NCBI GenBank assembly: GCA_951406725.2
Contig: OX597840.1
Span: 33,170,001 to 33,234,000, forward strand
Length of the DNA: 64,000 nucleotides
Direction of reading: 5' to 3'
Source: Octopus vulgaris
Lineage: Eukaryota
Both the position numbers and the translations under genes were made by a program. Positions 39,417 through 52,788 of this stretch are shown here, in pieces. Every line of letters begins with the position of its first letter. Within the stretch, counting starts at the first letter, position 1. The notes under the pieces were generated by a model, which did not search any database, had not been told where the DNA came from, and was given only the letters and a program-made list of their open reading frames with translations.

Positions 39417-40741
39417 GTATGTATGTATGTATGTATGTATGTATGTATGTATGTATGTATGTATGTATTTATGTGTGTGTGTAAGGAGGGTGAAAGTGAG
39501 ACAACTAAGAAGAACTAAAATAGTAACATCAACGGCATGAACATTGTAGCTGACTGATTAAATGATTTGAATTTGTAGAGTGGCTTCCACACACACAAAC
39601 ACACACACAAACAGGAATTCATACAAATGCAAGTACTGAATCACTAATCCAGTCCCACGTTCTCTCTCTCACACACACACATACGCACATACGCAACACA
39701 CGCACACGCGTATATATACTATGCAATACATACATATATATTATGTGTGTGTAAATATATATACATGCGATCTATATACATACGTGCATATATACCAATT
39801 CATGCCTTTTTTCAGTCATACACACATACACGCACGCACTTATACACGCATATATATACAATGCATTACATACATATATATGTGTGTGTGTGTGTAATTA
39901 TATATACATGCAATCTATATACATACGTGCATATATGCCAATTTATGCATTTTTCAGTCATACACACACACACACAAACACACACACACACTCAGACACA
40001 CACACACTCAGACACACACACACTTAGACACACGCACACAGACTCAGACACATATGCACACAACTGATATACTCAATATCTTGTACACACATGCCCTTAG
40101 GCACGCATACTCCCACGCAATCTCTCATCGACGTACATCTATTCAAATATAAGTTATACATACGTTCCTACATACATATATACATACATACATGCATGCA
40201 TATCGCCTTTACACACACACCCACACATTCATGCACAGATGTACTCAAACGCACACACACACAGACAGACAGGCATCCGCATGCACCAGAAGCACAGAAA
40301 CAGACTCACACATTCACGCTTGCATGCACAAAGTTCATCTCCTTTTCACACTTACACTCGGGCGCGGAAAGAACAGCAACGCAGATGGGGAAAAAAGCGA
40401 CAGCAAAAATGAACAAAGTAACACAGCAACAATAACAACAATAACAATAAGATACAAAGAAAGTAGAAGGAACAAAACAAGACAAAAGAAAAAGAAAGAG
40501 AGAGAAAGAGAGAAGAAAAATATGCAGAGTGACCTATTTTTTGCACATGTTCATTTAGTAATAAAGGAAACGAGGACATTGTATGAATATTACTGTACTC
40601 GTGTTGAGTTAAGAAGACTAAGCTGCAACAAAACACACGTGTACATGTTTCTTCATTATAAGCTGAATGTGTGTATGTATGTATGTATGTATGTATGTAT
40701 GTATGTATGTATGTATGTTTTGTTTTATGTAGGTATGTATG

Positions 40742-42680
40742 TCATTATTCAGTTTATTTCAAGATTTCTTGCCAATAGAGAAAGAGCCGCTTCTAACCTA
40801 GATCTAAGGTTCCTTCATTGGAATTTCACCATCAACAACAGGGTATTTTTGTATGTATGTATGCATGCATGCATGTATGTATGTATGTATGTATGTATGT
40901 ATGTATGTGTGTATGTATGTATGTATGTATGTATGTATGTATGTGTGTGTGTGTGTATGTATGTATGTGTGTATGTATGTATGTATGTATGTATGTATGT
41001 ATGTATGTATGTATGTATGTATGTATGTATGTGTGTGTGTATGTATGTATGTATGTGTGTATGTATGTATATGTGTATGTATGTATGTATGTATGTATGT
41101 ATGTATGTATGTATGTATGTGTGTATGTATGTATGTATGTATGTATGTGTGTGTGTATGTATGTATGTATGTATGTATGTATGTATGTATGTATGTATGT
41201 ATGTATGTATGTATGTATGTATGTATGTATGTATGTATGTATGTATGTGTGTATGTATGTATGTATGTATGTATGTATGTATGTGTGTATGTATGTATGT
41301 ATGTATGTATGTATGTATGTATGTATGTATGTATGTGTGTATGTATGTATGTATGTATGTATGTATGTATGTATGTGTGTGTGTATGTATGTATGTATGT
41401 GTGTATGTATGTATGTATGTATGTATGTATGTATGTATGTATGTATGTATATGTGTGTGTATGTATGTATGAATGTATGCATGTATGTATGTATGTATGC
41501 ATGTGTGTGTGTATGTATGTATGTATGTATGTATGTATGTATGCATGTGTGTATGTATGTATGTGTGTATGTATGTATGTATGTATGTATGTATGTATGT
41601 ATGTATGTATGTATGTGTGTGTGTGTATGTATGTATGTATGTATGTATGTATGTATGTATGTATGTATGCATGTGTGTGTGTATGTATGTATGTATGTAT
41701 GTATGTATGTATGTATGTATGTATGTATGTATGCATGCATGTATGTATGTATGTATGTATGTATGTATGTATGTATGTATGTATGTATGTATGTATGTAT
41801 GTGTGTGTGTATGTATGTATGTATGTATGTATGTATGTATGTATGCATGTGTGTGTGTATGTATGTATGTGTGTATGTATGTATGTATGTATGTATGTAT
41901 GTATGTATGTATGTATGTATGTATGTATGTATGTGTGTATGTATGTATGTATGTATATATGTATGTAAGTATGTATGTATGTGTGTATGTATGTATGTAT
42001 GTATGTATGTATGTATGTATGTGTGTATGTATGTATGCATGCATGTATGTATGTATGTATGTATGTATTTATGTATGTATTTATGTGTGTATGTATGTGT
42101 GTATGTATGTATGTATATGTGCAGATTTCTATGTTTTGTTTTATGTATGTATTCTCATGCATATAGTTGCATATCTAGACATGCTAATATATACCTAAAT
42201 GCTAAACTTCTGGAAAGTTTTACAGATTTTTACAGTTCCAGTGATGGATTGGATCGGTAGTCTTCGAATTAGCTTTCTCCTTTCTGAGAAGCCTAATTTC
42301 TCACCACTGGTATTTAGGCATGTATGTATGTATGTATGTATGTATGTATGTATGTATGTATGTATGTATGTATGTATGTATGTATGTATGTATGCATGCA
42401 TGTATGTATGTGTGTATGTCATTGTTCAGTTTTATTTCAAGATTTCTTGTTAATAGAGAAAGAGCCGGTTTCTAACCTAGATCTAAGACTCCTTCACTGG
42501 AATTTTTGCTACATCAACAGGGTATGTATGAATGTTTACAGACTTGTATGTTTTGTTTTATGCATGTATTCTCATGCATATAGTTGCATATCTAGACGTG
42601 CTCATATATATTTAAATGATAAACTTCTGGAAAGTTTTACAGATTTTTACAGTTCCAGTGACGAATTGGATCTGTAGTCA
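40742..42680 (-). mobile_element. Two tandem LINE 3'-end copies (13.4-kb family) embedded in (TATG)n
   Basis: Copy 1 = 40742-40850 plus 42120-42320, copy 2 = 42418-42680; GTVKICKTFQKFSI C-terminus. Confidence 0.8.
40851..42120. repeat. (TATG)n/(TG)n compound microsatellite, ~1.27 kb
   Basis: Direct inspection; source of the 400-480 aa MYVC/HTYI ORFs. Confidence 0.98.
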
Positions 42681-42681
42681 T

Positions 42682-43012
42682 ATAATAATAATAATGAAAT
42701 TATTATATACAGTGCTCGAGTTCACCACAACTTTTCAAAAGTGCGTATAAAGTATATGCAGTAATGTACAAATGTCTGGGATGTGAACAGTGTGTGAGTC
42801 AGATACATGCTTGCGTGTGTATGGAGGGGAGAAAGATCAGGTGTAGTGTTGGCGAATCTCCGGAAGCATGGAAGTTTTGAAGGATGCAGTGCTCCGACAA
42901 CTCTCAGTGGGTAAAAATGTTTCCGAAAGTCATGGGAGCTGTGTTGTTTTCTGACTTTGTAAACATATCCACGGGTGTTAGACAGGTGGAGTTTGTAAAT
43001 GTGCTCAGAGCT
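42682..43012 (-). mobile_element. CR1-like LINE 3' end with (ATT)n tail
   Basis: Minus strand SNTRGYVYKVRKQHSSHDFRKHFYPLRVVGA matches the CR1 TRGH..K..R..FF..RV C-terminal motif. Confidence 0.7.
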
Positions 43013-43157
43013 ATATATAAATTAGGGTATCTACGAGATACCACCATGCTGAAAATAGCAGCCATGATCTGACTCTAAAACCACCATAATTGTCCATATA
43101 TCAACACGGAGAGAAAACTAAGAGACAAGATGAAACTAGTAAAAAATTACTGGATAA

Positions 43158-43214
43158 TTCTAGATACCGGATTTCTGACTTTGCATTTATGAATGCTTTG
43201 CCTCGTCAGTAGAA
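43158..43214 (-). ncRNA. Type-I hammerhead ribozyme motif
   Basis: Minus strand: TTCTA CTGACGA GGCAAAGCATTCATAAATGCAAAGTCA GAAA TCCGGTA TC TAGAA (AUC site). Confidence 0.7.
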
Positions 43215-43443
43215 TACACACAGAAGATAAACATAAATACATATATATATATAAATGCAACATACGAATACTTAACATACGAATACTCAACATAAGAAAA
43301 TTTATTTCGTCACTGTATTTACTGCGGCGATATTTTGACCATATCTCACATGGAATTAAGAAGCGGGCATTTTGAACTGGCCATGATGCATACCTGCATA
43401 TATATGTAGGTATACGTTCGTCTATGTAAGTATCCGTATGTTG

Positions 43444-43507
<64 letters not shown>

Positions 43508-43746
43508 CTTCGTGAGTTATTTTTGAGTAAACATTATCTGGGAGAATTATTCTTAAAGTAGCGGAAATGGCTAAAAAACTTTTTGGCTGCTATTTCTAGA
43601 AAGTTCAGTATGTGGGTAAGTAATTTATTTTACTAAGCCCTAATTATATAATATAATATTTTGAATACGCCTTAAATGGTCCTTTTACATACTGAACACT
43701 ACTTGGTGAAATTGATTAATAACTAATTAATTTTACCCTCAATTAT

Positions 43747-43788
<42 letters not shown>

Positions 43789-43810
43789 TTATGTTTCCCT
43801 TCTGTGTGTA

Positions 43811-43867
43811 TTCTACTGACGAGGCAAAGCATTCCTAAATGCAAAGTCAGAAACCCGGGATCTGGAA
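43811..43867 (+). ncRNA. Type-I hammerhead ribozyme motif (partner copy)
   Basis: TTCTA CTGACGA GGCAAAGCATTCCTAAATGCAAAGTCA GAAA CCCGGGA TC TGGAA. Confidence 0.62.
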
Positions 43868-44106
43868 TTATCCAGTAATATTTTACTAGTTTCATCTTGT
43901 CTCTTTGTTTTCTCTCCGTGTTGATACATGGACAATTATGGTGGTTTTAGAGTCAGATCATGGCTGCTATTTTCAGCATGGTGGTATCTCGTAGATACCC
44001 TAATTTATAATTTTAATAATTATTACCTTTGAAGGTTATTTTTTCCATGCTGACCACTTGATAAAATTGTTATTTTATTTTTAAATTAACAATCTTATCC
44101 TTCTTT

Positions 44107-44166
<60 letters not shown>

Positions 44167-44287
44167 GCATGTATGTGTACAGGACGCCACCAACTGTAAA
44201 CAACAATGAAATACGAAAATAAATTAGTTAAATACGTACACAACGAGAGAAAAAAATGGAAAGCATATATATATGTGTGTGTGTTCA

Positions 44288-44351
44288 TCTATCTATCTAT
44301 GTATCTATCTATCTATCTATCTTTCCATCTATCTATCTATCTATCTACCTG

Positions 44352-44404
<53 letters not shown>

Positions 44405-44433
44405 ATATATATATCTATATATCTATCTACCTG

Positions 44434-44477
<44 letters not shown>

Positions 44478-44484
44478 CCTGTCA

Positions 44485-44545
<61 letters not shown>

Positions 44546-44595
44546 CCTGTCTATCTATCTATCTATCTTCCTTTCTATCTATCTACCTATCTATC
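44288..44595. repeat. (TATC)n microsatellite
   Basis: Direct inspection. Confidence 0.97.
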
Positions 44596-45293
44596 CGTCT
44601 ACTTGTCTATCAATCTGTCCATCTAGCAACCTGTCTGTCTTCCCTGTCTATTTATCTCTTTGGCCATCTCCCTTTTGTCTCCTATTTCCTCTTCCAATTG
44701 TCAGTCTTTCTGTGTCATATTTGCTCGTCTGTCGTCTGTTTTCTCTGAAAACCTGTCCCTCTCAGCTCGTCTTTGTCGTCTGCCTGTCCAGACGTCCTCT
44801 TTGTCTGCTTGGTTTTCTCTCTGTTTAAATATCCGTTCGTCTGCCATCCCGTGTACATGACTCTCTTTCTTATGTGTGTAGCATTATATTCTTTTATTTT
44901 TCTACATGTTTCAGTCATTTGGCTGCGGCCACGCTGGGGCACCACTTTAAGAGGGTTTTAGTCGAACAAATCAACCCCAGGACGTATTCTTTGTAAGCGT
45001 ATTACTTATGCTATCGGACTCTTTTGCTGGACAGCTAGATTACTTAAATGTAAACACACCAACATCGGTTGTCAAGCGATGGTGGAAGGGGACAAACACA
45101 CCATATGATCGGGGCCACATTATTTTGACATATTTGCTGCTTCTAACGAAAGAATGGGCATATATATACATATATATATATATACATATATACATATATA
45201 CCTATCTTCTTCCCTTCTTTCCTGAGCGTCCAATAATACCTTATCTGTTCCACATCCTCGCGTTGCTGTCTTTTTGTTTTCTTGCTTGGATTA

Positions 45294-45354
<61 letters not shown>

Positions 45355-45760
45355 GTGTGTGCATATATATATATATATATATATAAGAATACAAAAAATG
45401 GGACAAAAACGCAAAACATTCAGACAGTTAGATGATATAAAGAAGGGACAAAAAAAAACAAGGGCGGGTCATTCGGAGTTTTCCTTCCTCAGTCGAGTTC
45501 CAGATTATCTTTGCAATTTCGGTTGGTTGTACTCGAGATTGCTCCAATCTGGCCAGCCCCAAGGAAAAACTAAGCTAAGAGCACTAAATCCCTTGGAAGA
45601 AAGCAGCGAATGTGTACGAAAACAAAGACGGAAAAAAACGGAGAAATGGTACACAAATACAAATGCAAATAACGGGACGTAACAACAGGTGTCTTTCGAC
45701 TAAGGACGAATTAAATTAAGCTGGCGTGTGTGAAAGCTTTTATTCTTTCACTTGTTTCAG

Positions 45761-45818
<58 letters not shown>

Positions 45819-45850
45819 TTTATTTAAAGCAGCAGAAAATTCAACAAAAC

Positions 45851-45888
45851 CTGTTACTCTGAGTTTCGCGTTGCCGTTCATCGGACAG
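45851..45888 (-). ncRNA. Minimal type-I hammerhead motif
   Basis: Minus strand: CTGT CCGATGA ACGGCAACGC GAAA CTCAGAG TA ACAG. Confidence 0.72.
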
Positions 45889-45899
45889 TTTTGCAAAAA

Positions 45900-45937
45900 C
45901 TGTCCGATGAACGGCAATGCGAAACTCAGAGTAACAG
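45900..45937 (+). ncRNA. Minimal type-I hammerhead motif
   Basis: CTGT CCGATGA ACGGCAATGC GAAA CTCAGAG TA ACAG. Confidence 0.72.
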
Positions 45938-46042
45938 GTTTTGTTGAATTTTCTGCTGCTTTAAATAAAGCATATTACTCTACCACTGGTATTTGAGTAC
46001 TCTTTTTTCCACCACCTTGTTTCACATTTATGTGTTTACTCC

Positions 46043-46109
<67 letters not shown>

Positions 46110-46223
46110 GCGCACACATATACATGCATTTATGCACACACACACGCACATATATATGTCTATATATATAAATATATATTTATACACACAGACATATATA
46201 CTCGTACGCACTCTCTCCCCCTC

Positions 46224-46286
<63 letters not shown>

Positions 46287-46329
46287 GTATCTCTATCTCT
46301 CTCTTTCTCACACACATACCAACGTGGCT

Positions 46330-47231
46330 ACAATTGTCGATTCAACTTCTCGAATGAAAAATGTTGCTGCAGTGTTACTAGAGCAACTCATTGTTTCGTT
46401 CCATGATGACATGGAGGCCACCATTCAGTTTGACAGTTTAATATCATCAAATAGCTTCAACATCAACAGCGGAGTAAAACAAGGTTGTTAGTTAGTTAGT
46501 TAGTTAGTTAGTTAATTTGGCTCAAAAGCAAATAGCAAGGCCATGTAGGGGGACATGGAGTTATGTACAGGGTGGTGTTCATGCAAAGAGTTCTGGCCAC
46601 TTGAGGTCAAGAGAGACTTTGAACCGAGCGGTCGTCGGCATCTTCACCATCTCGTCTGGTAGCTTGTTCCACGGATCCGCAACCCGGACGGAGAAAGCCC
46701 CTTTTCTTCGATTTGAGATGAAATCGTCGCAGGTAGAGCTTTTCGGAGTGACCCCGCAGCCGACGCTCCGGTGCAGGAGTGAAGAACAGCTCTTTCGAGA
46801 GGTTACACTTTCCGCTTATGATATTGTGGGCGAGAATGAGATCACCACGGCGTCGTCATTTTTCTAGAGAATTAAGGTCGAGCGTCCTCAGCCTTTCTTC
46901 ATAGGACAAATTTTTGAGACCATGAACCATGCGGGTAGCCAGCTTCTGGACTCTTTCGAGATGCTGTATGTCTTAGCACCAATCCTTTTCAGCATTTACT
47001 TTGCCGTATTGCTGCAGTAGGCATTTCAAGAGTTGCCGGGAGATGTCTACCTTTGTTGGAGAACTGATGGGTCACTCTTTGATCTTTCTAGACATCGGGC
47101 CAAGATTATCGCACACTCTCCTACTCTGATCTAATCTCCAGGGATACAGGCATCCAGCAACAGGACCTCCGTAATGCTATGATGGACCGTGAAGTCTGGC
47201 GTAACATCGTAAATTCCATTGTCTCGACCAA
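46330..47231 (+). mobile_element. RTE-clade LINE RT fragment, split by a CR1 insertion, followed by an RTE-type C-terminus
   Basis: [27 protein letters not shown] | VLAPILFSIYF..RTDGSLFDLSR; then SYSDLISRDTG..NAMMDREVWR at 47105-47231. Confidence 0.85.
46489..46971 (-). mobile_element. CR1-like LINE 3' end with (CTAA)n tail
   Basis: DIQHLERVQKLATRMVHGLKNLSYEERL..RRRGDLI..RLRGHSEKL..FSVRVADPWNKLP; frameshifted. Confidence 0.9.
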
Positions 47232-47655
47232 TACCTATTTCTTTACTACCCACAAGGGGCTAAACACAGAGGGGACAAACAAGGACGGACAAACGGATAA
47301 AATCGATTATATCGACCCTAGTGCGTAACTGGTACTTGATTTATCGACCCCGAAACGTTGAAAGGGCAAAGTCGACCTCGGTGGAATTTGAACTCAGAAC
47401 GTAACGGCAGACGAAATACCTATTTCTTTACTACCCACAAGGAGCCAAACACAGAGGGGACAAACAAGGACGGACAAACGGATTAAATCGATTATATCGA
47501 CCCCAGTGCGTGACTGGTACTTGATTTATCGACCCCGAAGGGATGAAAGACAAAGTCGACCTCGGCGTAATTTGAACTCAGAAGGTAACGGCAGACGAAA
47601 ATACGGCTACGCATTTCGCCCGGCGTGCTAACGTTTCTGCCAGCTCGCCCGCCTT
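47232..47655 (-). mobile_element. SINE family B concatemer (head plus two units)
   Basis: Same unit and junction. Confidence 0.88.
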
Positions 47656-48115
47656 CCAGCAACCAATAACACACCATCCTCAACATCACCACCACCACCA
47701 CAACCACCACCACTACTACTAACATCACTGACACCACCACTGCTGCCGCCACCATCGCCATCGCCACAATCTATTTCCTGTGTGACATCTGCTGTGACCT
47801 TCAGCGAACCTTTTGTAAGTCAGCTTATTTTTCCCAGGAACAAATAACTTTGAATGGTGAAAGATGAGAGGGGGGTGGGGTGGAGCGGGGGGAGGGGGAA
47901 GGGGGGGGGGCGAATGGCGCTCTTGTGTAAATAGCGTACGTGTGTGTGTGTGTGTGTCTGTGTGTCTGCCAGTCTGTGTGCCTATGGGTGTCTTTGTGTG
48001 TGTGTCAGTGTGTATGTGTTTAGGAATAGGAGAGTGAAGAAGGCTAATTGTTTTGTGGGCGTGTGTTTGTCCAAATAGGAAAAGGTATTTTGTATGCATA
48101 CGTACGTATGTCTAT

Positions 48116-48151
<36 letters not shown>

Positions 48152-48344
48152 CCATGTATGTATGTATGTATGTATGTATGTATTTATGTATGTGTATGTA
48201 TATGTATGTATTTATACATACAGATATGTATGTATATGTAATATTCTGTCATTACACATATACACACATGCATACATACATGTGTGTTTGTAAAAGAAAG
48301 CAGACACATTCATATGTATGTATGTATATATAAGTGTGTGTGCG

Positions 48345-48381
<37 letters not shown>

Positions 48382-48530
48382 TACAAACATATATATATAT
48401 ATACATACACACACATATATACACACATATATGCACGTTTATTTATTTGTTTTGTAAGATCCCTGATCTGAACTCGTGTGTTGAGACAAATATTGGTGTA
48501 TCTGGGGTTGGACATTTTTTATGTTAAATT

Positions 48531-48815
48531 TGAGTGGCTGTGTGGTAAGTAGTTTACCTACGAATCACATGGTTCCGGGTTCAGTCACACCACATGGCAC
48601 CTTGGGCAAGTGTCTTCTACTATAGCCTGGGGCCGACCAAAGCCTTGTGAGTGGATTTGGTAGACGGAAACTGAAAGAAGCCCGTCGTATATATGTATAG
48701 TTCTTATTCTATCGGGTCTTTTTGCCGAAACGCTAGATTACAGAGACATGAACACGCCAACATCGGTTACCAAGCGACGATGGGGAGGACAAACACAGAC
48801 ACAAAGACACACGCA
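48531..48815. mobile_element. SINE-A 5' half (+) joined to an inverted SINE-A middle part
   Basis: Homology; strand switch near 48700. Confidence 0.75.
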
Positions 48816-48959
48816 TAAATGAATAAATAAATAGATAAAGAAATATATATATATGTAATTATTATTTGAGGGAATAAAATCCAAACTTACAAGGAAAAAG
48901 AATTCAATTTAGAAATACTAAATCGAATTCCACACAATATAATATATACACACAAATAC

Positions 48960-49038
<79 letters not shown>

Positions 49039-49116
49039 TGTGCATGTGTGCGTGTGCGTGGCTTTGTTTATACTGAAGAGTTGCAACCTGTGTACCTCAC
49101 CCTCTCTTCTATTGGC

Positions 49117-49216
49117 AAGACCTGGTCAAGGCATCTGGTCAAGGCGACTGGTCAAGGCGACTGGTCAAGGCGACTGGTCAAGACGACTGGTCAAGGCGAC
49201 TGGTCAAGGCGACTGG
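49117..49216. repeat. 13-bp minisatellite (CTGGTCAAGGCGA), about 7 copies
   Basis: Direct inspection. Confidence 0.95.
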
Positions 49217-49883
49217 GGATGGAGACGGATGCAGTGGATGACCAAGGCGTTTTACTTGTCTCATCTTGTCCCCTGCACTCCAAAATGGCGTTATTGCAGG
49301 CGCCTTACCCTCCGTTGAATATCTACATTAATCCTTTCACGGGTGACTACAACAAGAGGTTAACAGCTAAACATTTTTAAAGTTCCGGCGATGGTGATTT
49401 CAACAGTTGCACACAACATTGCCTTGATCCCTCGCTGCTGCAGAAGTTTTAAACATCGTTGATGATTTTTATCAGTTGTGAAGAAAGAAGAGCGCTGAAA
49501 ACAGAAACGATACGATAAGGAGGACAGAAACAGAAGAAACGAGATATGAATTTAAGCAATGGCAAGGAAAGAAATTAAGATTGCGAAAGATTTATGAATG
49601 AATGAACGAAAGATGGAAAAAAAATAATAGAAAAAAAATAGTATCTGAGCAAATACTTCGAAGATAGTCTACTGAAATGGTTAAAGATCTAAGAGAAGAA
49701 CTGGTACTTAAATGTCAAATTCTTGAAGATATACATGGCCTATTTGAAGTAACCGAAAGAGGGATGGAAATACCGGGAGGAAGTTTATAGCTGCAAAGTA
49801 CAAAGGTAGCCAGTAACGGGTGGAAACAACTAACGAAAATTCTCTTCGATCTATCTATCTATCTAATTACAAACACGCACGCA

Positions 49884-49937
<54 letters not shown>

Positions 49938-50212
49938 TATTGTTATTGTATATATGTATTATTATTTTTTTGAAAAAAACATTGTAAATTTCATTTTAAC
50001 CCTTCCTCAATTTAAAAAAAAATTTTCCCCTTCCAAATCTTGAAAATTTACCTTGCAATGAAGCTGGTTTGATTTATTATTTTTTCTTTTTTAATTTTTC
50101 ATACACCCATTTTTATTAAAATTTACTTTCAATTTAGCATTCTGCCTTATTATAATTTTTCCTCCCCTATTATTTCTCCACATGCGGTTAAAACAACCCC
50201 ACCATTTACTGA

Positions 50213-50267
<55 letters not shown>

Positions 50268-50629
50268 TAATAAATAAAATATATGCATACATACATACAT
50301 ATATGTACGTACCTACATCTACATGTATATATACATGCATATATAAATGTATATACGTGAGTACAGGACACCACAAATAGACGTAGAACTCAACGAGAAA
50401 CGAAAACGTAAAAACAAGCATGGAACGGACCTTTTTTTAACAACGAAAAAACAGAGTACAAGACAAACTACACAAGGCAAAAACCCCTTCATCAGCTGTC
50501 CCTAGTTCAACTCCAGCGTGTTTCGAAGGTGAGGACAGAACACGACTCGTCGAACTAGCACTTCCTGCGAAAGAATTAAATAAAATTACTTCGCAAAGGG
50601 GTAAAAACAAGGAAAGAAAAAAATGTGAC

Positions 50630-50678
<49 letters not shown>

Positions 50679-50867
50679 TGTATGTATGTATGTATGTATG
50701 TATGTATGTATGTATGTATTTATGTATCGAAGTTCGATAAGCTGAAAGATGTTTTATAATTTAGTATAAACTGAAAAGTTCCTGGTTTTAAGGGTGTCAG
50801 GAAAGGCCTGGTTGGAAGCCCAAACTTCCGAGTTCTTTTACAGGGCTTAGAAAAACCGAAGAACTGC

Positions 50868-51670
50868 TGTTTGTCCTCTCTGTGTTTAGCCCCTTGTGGG
50901 TAGTAAAGAAATAGGTATTTCGTCTGTCTTTACGTTCTGAGTTCAAATTCCGCCGAGGTCGACTTTGCCTTTCATCCTTTCGGGGTCGATAAATTAAGTA
51001 CCAGTTACGCACTGGGGTCGATGTAATCGACTTAATCCGTTTTTCTGTCCTTGTTTGTCCTCTCTGTGTTTAGCCCCTTGTGGGTAGTAAAGAAATAGGT
51101 ATTTCGTCTGTCTTTACGTTCTGAGTTCAAATTCCGCCGAGATCGACTTTGTCTTTCATCCTTTCGGTGTCGATAAATTAAGTACCAGTTACGCACTGGG
51201 GTCGATGTAATCGACTTAATCCGCTTGTCTGTCCTTGTTTGTCCTCTTTGTGTTTAGCCCCTTGTGGGTAGTAAAGAAATAGGTATTTCGTCTGCCGTTA
51301 CGTTCTGAGTTCAAATTCTGCTGAGGTCGACTTTGCCTTTCATCCTTTCGGGGTCGATAAATTAAGTACCAGTTGCATGCTGGGGTCGATGTAATCGACT
51401 TAATCCCTTTGCTTATCCTAGTTTGTCCCCTCTATATTTAGGCCCTTGTGGGCAATGAAGAAATAGGTATTTCGTCTGTCTTTACGTTCTGAGTTCAAAT
51501 TCCGCTGATGTCGACTTTGCCTTTCATCCTTTCGGTGTCGGTAAATTAGGTACCATTTGCGTACTGGGGTCGATCTGATCGACTCCCACCAACAGCAACA
51601 AATAAAAAAAAAAATTAAAGAAATAAAAAAATTTCGAGCCTTGTGCCTAGAATAGAAAAGAATATTTTCA
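50868..51670 (+). mobile_element. SINE family B concatemer (about four units, head lost)
   Basis: Repeated ~184-bp units with AGAAATAGGTATTTCG junctions; last unit ends in the variant tail. Confidence 0.88.
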
Positions 51671-52070
51671 GCTTAGAACTAAGTCCTTAACACAAACCTC
51701 ATGTAAAAGAAAATTTAGAAGCAGACAGTATCGTAGAAATATAGGTTATGTAGCGAGAAAGTCGGAGGCTGTGACCCAAATTGTGAGTGCCAAGAGAGAG
51801 AGAGAGACAGAGACAGAGAGAGAGGGGGGTGAGGGAGAAGCTATATCAGGAATCTTGAGAAAATGCTTTTATATCAGCACCAGTGTTATGTCTTTTATCT
51901 TTTACTCGTATCAGTCATTGCACTACGGCCCATCTGGAGCACCACCTCGAAGGGTTTCTCTCTCAGTCGAACAAGTCTCATGTGAACGGTCCCAATACAC
52001 GTAAATCCTGAGTAGATATGGTTATGAGAGCAAACAGCTCTAGAGAGAGATGTCTATATATATATATATA

Positions 52071-52604
<534 letters not shown>

Positions 52605-52668
52605 TTTTATCGTTTTACTTGTTTCAGTCATTCGGCTGCGGCCATGCTGGGACAAGGAAACTGACCCA

Positions 52669-52788
52669 AAAGGCCCCTTCGACGTGGCAATGGGCGCATT
52701 CGACAGCGCTGACGTGTGTGACCACGTTGGTTTCTTCGTTCTAGATTTCTTCAAAAAGAAGTTCCCTTCCGCTAGCTTTGGTCTCTAC
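52669..52788 (+). mobile_element. Penelope-like (Naiad-type) reverse transcriptase fragment
   Basis: [29 protein letters not shown] resembles the FDVTMGSYDGAEVCELVG..GLYRDD signature; truncated just before RDD. Confidence 0.72.

Larger units (their letters stand above)
43016..44009. repeat. Inverted pair of ~225-bp HHR-containing elements (43016-43241, 43784-44009)
   Basis: Near-identical reverse-complement arms, ~540-bp spacer. Confidence 0.9.
45818..46045. mobile_element. PLE-like terminus with near-perfect ~75-bp-arm palindrome, inserted in (TA)n (family also 55498-55626, 58100-58205)
   Basis: TTTATTTAAAGCAGCAG..GGACAGTTTT-GCA-AAAACTGTCC..CTGCTGCTTTAAATAAA; shared terminus ..GTGTTTACTCCGG(TA)n. 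Confidence 0.85.

Noticed and set aside
40192-42260. Long ORFs of 370-480 aa (MYVC/HTYI repeats)
   Set aside because: Translations of a stop-free (TATG)n microsatellite, open in nearly all frames on both strands
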